Source: Spirochaetota bacterium (lineage in GTDB: Bacteria > Spirochaetota > Spirochaetia > Treponematales > UBA12059). Taken from it: a stretch of DNA of 48,336 bases. A model generated the notes under the pieces. The model was not told the origin of the DNA and made no database searches. It saw only the letters and a program-made list of their open reading frames with translations. Position 1 is the stretch's first letter, and every line of letters begins with the position of its first letter. The DNA is taken from NCBI GenBank assembly GCA_029548805.1, contig JAKPMS010000211.1, positions 1 through 48,336 of the forward strand, in the 5' to 3' direction. Shown here piece by piece: positions 44,308 through 48,336 of the stretch. Position numbers and translations under genes: made by a program.

Positions 44308-46311
44308 CTAGTTGGCACTCTTTACAAACGCATCCTTGAAACCCATAGCCCTGACCTTGACAAGCATAAGTCCGCTCTCGTCCCTGGACAGAGGGCCCAC
44401 ATACAACTTCCAGCTTTCTTTGCCTGAACTTTTCACGCTTTGTATTATGGCTGGATATGCCAACCCCAGTTTTGATGCGTTTTCAAAAGACAGGGTTTGG
44501 GATGCATAGGCTCCCAGTTGAATATAGTATTTGCCTTTTTCCAGATCCGAAACAAGTTTGAAGGAATAGCTTGTATGCGCTGGCTCTGCAACACCGGAAT
44601 TAAGTTCTTTGCTTATGGGAGGAATAACAGCATCTTTGGCAGGGCTTGGCGGTTTTGGAGTAGTTGGTTCCATGCTTATTTCGTAATCGGGCGGCAAATT
44701 AAGGGCCAGATCAGGGGTGCTTTCCTTGGGGTCCTCTATTTTCATTGTACTTTTCGGTTTTTGTTCCTGGGCTTCTGCAACAGCTTGCCCTTCCATGCCG
44801 TTTGCCGGGGCAGAGGCATATTCCGCATGGCTCTCCGGCATGCCGGCTTCTTCAGCTTCCGCAATGGCTGCATCAACGCTGCCAGCCTGGGCTTGCAAAG
44901 CCGGAACTGTTTCTACAAGCGGCTTTTCTTCTGATATTGGCTGCGCATCGGCTAGAGCTATTTGTGTTTCGGCGGCATCAAATTGCGGAGATTCAATGGC
45001 AATGGCTTTGGGTTTTTGCGGATCGGACAGTATCACCTCTCCTTCCGCAAGGCTGGTTGCAGGTATTGCCTCTGCAGGGGCAGCAAGGCCTGCCAATACT
45101 ATTTCGGGTATTTCATCCGCTTCCAGTTCGGGCCAGGCCAGTTCTGCTAGAACCCTGTCTTTTGCCAAATGCGGAACAGCCCTGTCTATTACCACAGCCC
45201 TACTTTGCTCCGGGGCTATTGGTATACCGAGTTCCACGGCCATTTCGACATTTTGCGCATCTGGACTGGCTTTTTCATTAGCCTTTGCCGCGGCGGCAGA
45301 ACGGTCTGTATATTCCGGTTCCGGCAAAGAAAAATACTCAGGTACGGCCAGCTTTGCTTGCCTGTTGTAATCCAAAACATCGGGCAGTATTGACGGAGCT
45401 TCATAACGCCTGGGAGCCATGGGGTTGTCTACTCTTAAGGGCGCTTCATCTGGAACAGGCAGAAGACTGGCATATACTTCCGGCTTTGTGCCGCTTTTTT
45501 CTGCAAGCTCTTCTGGTACATAAGGCTCCTTGCTGCCAGTTTCTGTTTCAATCAGCTTAGGCTCCGGCAATTCGGGCAAAATTATAGTCCTTACAGGCTT
45601 TATTTTTGAAGAAACCAGAGGCTGAGGGGCTTTATCCATTTCTAAAAGTTGTTCAGCTCCGGAAATTTGTGCTGCTCCGCTGGATACTTCTGTTTTGGCT
45701 TTTGCATCCTGGGGAATTTCGGCTATTCTGGGCAAAAGCTCCTTTTTGTCTGAAACTGCCGGTTTTTCAGCCTGCCTGGGAGGCAGGGGTTCCGGTGTTG
45801 TCAAATCCAGGCTTTTGGGCCCGGCAGGTTCTACCCTGGTTTCCGAAATGGCCGGTTTTGCCACTACTCCGCTTGCTGTTTCGGGCTTCAAGTCATAGCC
45901 AAGGCGTTTCAGTTCCTGGGCTGCCAGCATTTTTGGATTAAGATCTGGATCAAAAGAAGATCCCTGGCTTAACGGAGCCAATTCGACCGGGCTTTTTGGA
46001 GCCGAAGCCTTTAGCTGTATTATTTTTCCGGGGAAAAGTCCTATTGCTGATGCAGCTTCTGAAGACAACATCAGGAATATGCCGGGAGTATCCAAACCCT
46101 TGGTAATTATTACATTTACCGATTTTCCGTTTTCAGGATTGAAGATTTCTACAGAAGTATTCCTAGAAAACGAATTGCTGGCAGCATAATAGCCTGATGA
46201 AGGAAAATCTCCATAAGAGCCGGCCATGGCGTTACCTTCCCAGGATTCTGCAGAAACAAGGAGCGTTAATAATAATGCGGCAATAAAAGATGCCAGGTTT
46301 CGCTTCTTCAT
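44308..46311 (-). CDS. RlpA-like (double-psi beta-barrel) protein with long Pro/Glu/Ala linker and C-terminal SPOR domain
   Basis: Signal peptide MKKRNLASFIAALLLTLLVSA. DPBB-like segment (YYAASNSFSRNTSVEIFNPENGKSVNVIITKGLDTPGIFLMLSSEAASAIGL). About 400-aa low-complexity linker. SPOR (YYIQLGAYASQTLSFENASKL...WKLYVGPLSRDESGLMLVKVRAMGFKDAFV). GGGAGGG SD. Confidence 0.8.
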   Translation of the reverse strand: MKKRNLASFIAALLLTLLVSAESWEGNAMAGSYGDFPSSGYYAASNSFSRNTSVEIFNPENGKSVNVIITKGLDTPGIFLMLSSEAASAIGLFPGKIIQLKASAPKSPVELAPLSQGSSFDPDLNPKMLAAQELKRLGYDLKPETASGVVAKPAISETRVEPAGPKSLDLTTPEPLPPRQAEKPAVSDKKELLPRIAEIPQDAKAKTEVSSGAAQISGAEQLLEMDKAPQPLVSSKIKPVRTIILPELPEPKLIETETGSKEPYVPEELAEKSGTKPEVYASLLPVPDEAPLRVDNPMAPRRYEAPSILPDVLDYNRQAKLAVPEYFSLPEPEYTDRSAAAAKANEKASPDAQNVEMAVELGIPIAPEQSRAVVIDRAVPHLAKDRVLAELAWPELEADEIPEIVLAGLAAPAEAIPATSLAEGEVILSDPQKPKAIAIESPQFDAAETQIALADAQPISEEKPLVETVPALQAQAGSVDAAIAEAEEAGMPESHAEYASAPANGMEGQAVAEAQEQKPKSTMKIEDPKESTPDLALNLPPDYEISMEPTTPKPPSPAKDAVIPPISKELNSGVAEPAHTSYSFKLVSDLEKGKYYIQLGAYASQTLSFENASKLGLAYPAIIQSVKSSGKESWKLYVGPLSRDESGLMLVKVRAMGFKDAFVKSAN

Positions 46312-46331
46312 ATATGCTTTCCCTCCCTGTT

Positions 46332-46814
46332 TCAGTAAAAGCTTCGGATATGGGGTTTCAAGTCGGAAATCACAGCGCTTCCGGCTATGAAAAAGGCTCT
46401 GTCTAGTTGTGTCCGTTCTTTGGAACCCGGATTGTTCACATCCACAAAGCCCTCTTTTATGAGTTCCCCGCTTTTTACATCCATTAGCTTATATAAGCTT
46501 TTTGCCAATATATTATTTTCAGCAAATTTAACTAGTATAGCTATGGTGTAATCAAGCCCTGCTTCGCGCTGTTCATCATCAGGGGCAAATGACAAATAGT
46601 CGCTTTCGTTTCCGGATTTTGGAGTCTCGTTTGTAGCTATAAAACCCATATCAAACAAGTCTCCCATACTTGCAGAAAGAAATCTGTCTATTGACCGGCC
46701 ATTATCAGCCGTTGTATCCCCGCCTTCAAAATATAAAACCAGCCCAACAGTTTGGGCTCCTGCACAAACAAACGCAAAAACAAGGAATGACATGGATAAT
46801 ACAAAGCTTTTCAT
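46332..46814 (-). CDS. Secreted or lipoprotein hypothetical (160 aa)
   Basis: Signal peptide MKSFVLSMSFLVFAFVCAGAQ (possible lipobox). 20 nt upstream of the RlpA-like gene. No family recognised. Confidence 0.6.
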   Translation of the reverse strand: MKSFVLSMSFLVFAFVCAGAQTVGLVLYFEGGDTTADNGRSIDRFLSASMGDLFDMGFIATNETPKSGNESDYLSFAPDDEQREAGLDYTIAILVKFAENNILAKSLYKLMDVKSGELIKEGFVDVNNPGSKERTQLDRAFFIAGSAVISDLKPHIRSFY

Positions 46815-47074
46815 TATATAAATCCCAATAAAAGGGCCTCCATAAAACTGCTGGCAAATAGTCTTTCAATCCAAAATCCATCCCAAAAAGGAACTGCCAC
46901 TGGCAAATAAAAATCCAGCCGGGTTTTAGTACGCTATTACTCTGTTTTTCTATCGGCATTTGCAGCCGGCCAATTAACAGCTTATTTAGTTTCCGGGAAC
47001 CAAGCTTGCTTTCCTTGTTTTTCCGTGTTTTTATAAACAGCTATTTATGATAGCTTTAAAACGGGGGTGATGCT

Positions 47075-47605
47075 GTGGATTTTTTTGCTATTCAAGTATG
47101 GACAGGCAAAGAGAACGAATATGCCAAGCTATGCGGGCAGTCCGGCCTTTCTTTGGAAATAATAATTCCCAAAAAAGTTCTAAATATCAGGCGCAAAGCT
47201 GTGGTCAAAAAAGAAGAAAAACCTATCTTTCCCGGATATGTTTTTATAGCTTCAGACAGGCCAGAGCTAGAGCTGGGACAGAGAACCATAATAAAGCAAA
47301 CCAAAAATTTTTTAAGAATACTGCCCAAAACCAGCAATCCAAGCCCTATAAGAGACGCAGACAGGAAACTCCTCAGTCACATTATTTCTTTTGGAAAGCT
47401 TGCCGATATTTCAAAAGTATACTTTGATACAAATGATCGCATAGTCGTCATGGAAGGCCCAATGAAAGGGCTGGAAGGTTGCATAGTCAAGGTGGACAAG
47501 CGAAAACGCAGGGCAAAGCTCAGACTGGACATGTGTGAAAACATGTTTTTAGTGGACCTTGGCTTTGACTTGATAGACAAGGCAGAGAAAGGACCCTCGA
47601 ACTGA
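47075..47605 (+). CDS. Specialised NusG paralogue (NGN + KOW) preceding a polysaccharide locus
   Basis: NGN-like N-terminus (FFAIQVWTGKENEYAKL...IFPGYVFI). KOW (DRIVVMEGPMKGLEGCIVKVDKRKRRAKLRL). GTG start with GGGGG SD 7 nt upstream. Not in the canonical secE-nusG-rplK context. Confidence 0.8.
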   Translation: MDFFAIQVWTGKENEYAKLCGQSGLSLEIIIPKKVLNIRRKAVVKKEEKPIFPGYVFIASDRPELELGQRTIIKQTKNFLRILPKTSNPSPIRDADRKLLSHIISFGKLADISKVYFDTNDRIVVMEGPMKGLEGCIVKVDKRKRRAKLRLDMCENMFLVDLGFDLIDKAEKGPSN

Positions 47606-47606
47606 T

Positions 47607-48336
47607 ATGATAAAGGCTACGACAGCGCCAAGGATATATATAATTGGAGCCGGCTTTGCAGGACGGGCAATAGCCAGGGAGATTAACAGAAAAACAGTTC
47701 TTGGCATGGTGGTAGCCTTTCTGGATGATGACCAGAATAAAACAGGAAAACGCATAGACAATATACCAGTACTGGGCCCTATAGCCGATGTGGTCAGGCT
47801 TTTGGCCAGAGAGCCTGCAGATGAAGCCATAATAGCCATTCCTAGCGCATCCATAGAAAGGCTTAAAGAACTATATTTTTTGCTTAAAAATGCGGGCTTT
47901 TCAAAAATCAGGCTATTACCCGGTATTGCCCAAATAGTTGAAGGCGACGCCCACCTTGTACAAGCCAGAGAAATAGACCCGCAAGATTTGTTGGGGCGCA
48001 GCCCCGTAAGCATAGGCTTAAAAGAAAGCCTTTCCTGGCTTAAAAACAAAAGGGTAATGGTAACAGGTGCCGGCGGTTCCATAGGTTCAGAACTTGCACG
48101 CCAGCTTCTTTCGGCAGGAGTAGAAAGGCTGTATCTTTTTGGGCATGGCGAAAACTCCATTTATCAGATAGACCGCGAACTCAGAACCCTTCAAGCTGGA
48201 GGAGTGGGAGTTAAAACGGCAATAGTACCAGTCATCGGAGAGCTTAAAGACAAGCCTTACATGCTGGATGTAATGCAGAGGCTTAAAGCGGATGTGGTTT
48301 TTCATGCAGCAGCCTACAAACATGTTCCAATGATGG
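47607..48336 (+). CDS. CapD/PglF/WbpM-like polysaccharide biosynthesis protein (NDP-sugar 4,6-dehydratase family), 5' portion
   Basis: Not in the track because there is no stop in-window. ATG 47607 lies 1 nt after the NusG-paralogue stop. MIKATTAPRIYIIGAGFAGRAIARE..., Rossmann VMVTGAGGSIGSEL, catalytic AAAYKHVPMM at the window edge. The antisense ORF 47549..48160 is a shadow. Confidence 0.9.
   Translation, partial: MIKATTAPRIYIIGAGFAGRAIAREINRKTVLGMVVAFLDDDQNKTGKRIDNIPVLGPIADVVRLLAREPADEAIIAIPSASIERLKELYFLLKNAGFSKIRLLPGIAQIVEGDAHLVQAREIDPQDLLGRSPVSIGLKESLSWLKNKRVMVTGAGGSIGSELARQLLSAGVERLYLFGHGENSIYQIDRELRTLQAGGVGVKTAIVPVIGELKDKPYMLDVMQRLKADVVFHAAAYKHVPMM

Noticed and set aside
46851-46909. 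TGGCA-containing 10-nt direct repeat (CTGGCAAATA x2) as sigma54 promoters
   Set aside because: Neither copy has the -12 TTGC element at the required spacing (TGGCAA-ATAGT-CTTTCA and TGGCAA-ATAAA-AATCCA). It is retained only as a repeat noted in the NusG-paralogue finding.
1-48336. Scan for CRISPR arrays, rRNA, tmRNA/SRP/RNase P RNAs, IS elements, integrases, toxin-antitoxin pairs and defence genes
   Set aside because: There are no spaced direct-repeat arrays and no spacer longer than about 270 bp. There are no transposase or integrase-like ORFs. All multi-gene strings are accounted for by housekeeping functions.

Overview
This is a 48.3-kb, gene-dense and mostly minus-strand stretch of core bacterial chromosome. 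I call about 46 protein genes, one tRNA-Gln and one gene relic. I saw no rRNA, CRISPR array, transposase or integrase, prophage, or recognisable defence island.

Gene content:
- Recombination and repair: yebC-ruvC-ruvA-ruvB, mutS2, xseAB, ligA.
- Ribosome and translation: rplU-prp-rpmA, obg-nadD-LCP-rsfS, rplY, tRNA-Gln, argS, tilS, rsgA, an RqcH/NFACT homologue.
- Envelope and secretion: secA, ftsH, murI, an RlpA/SPOR protein, a NeuB-like synthase, a CapD-like dehydratase.
- Proteostasis: mcsA-mcsB-clpC.
- Metabolite repair: nnr, NUDIX.
- An NMT1-type ABC importer.
- A REC-PAS-HK-REC hybrid kinase with a CheY-like regulator.

The blocks rplU-prp-rpmA-obg-nadD and ispE-spoVG-rplY-tilS-ftsH, together with spirochaete-style lipoboxes, suggest a Spirochaetota (Treponema-like) genome of moderate GC. 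This rests on remembered synteny and cannot be verified here. The ORF track treats GTG and TTG as starts, so several N-termini were trimmed using SD sites and neighbouring stops. Many junctions are ATGA or TAATG overlaps, which points to translational coupling.

I found no clear multi-gene novel system. The most unusual items are:
1. A self-contained unit for a 99-aa hyper-acidic Asp/Phe-repeat protein (35544-35843).
2. An mcsA-mcsB-clpC module with no ctsR, whose McsB has lost the phosphagen-kinase active-site signature.
3. A decayed cheB C-terminal relic upstream of the CheY/hybrid-kinase pair.
4. A Prp protease homologue next to an L27 that has no propeptide and a shortened N-terminus.
5. 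A specialised NusG paralogue heading a polysaccharide locus at the window edge.

All functional calls come from motif recognition by eye and memory. No searches were run.
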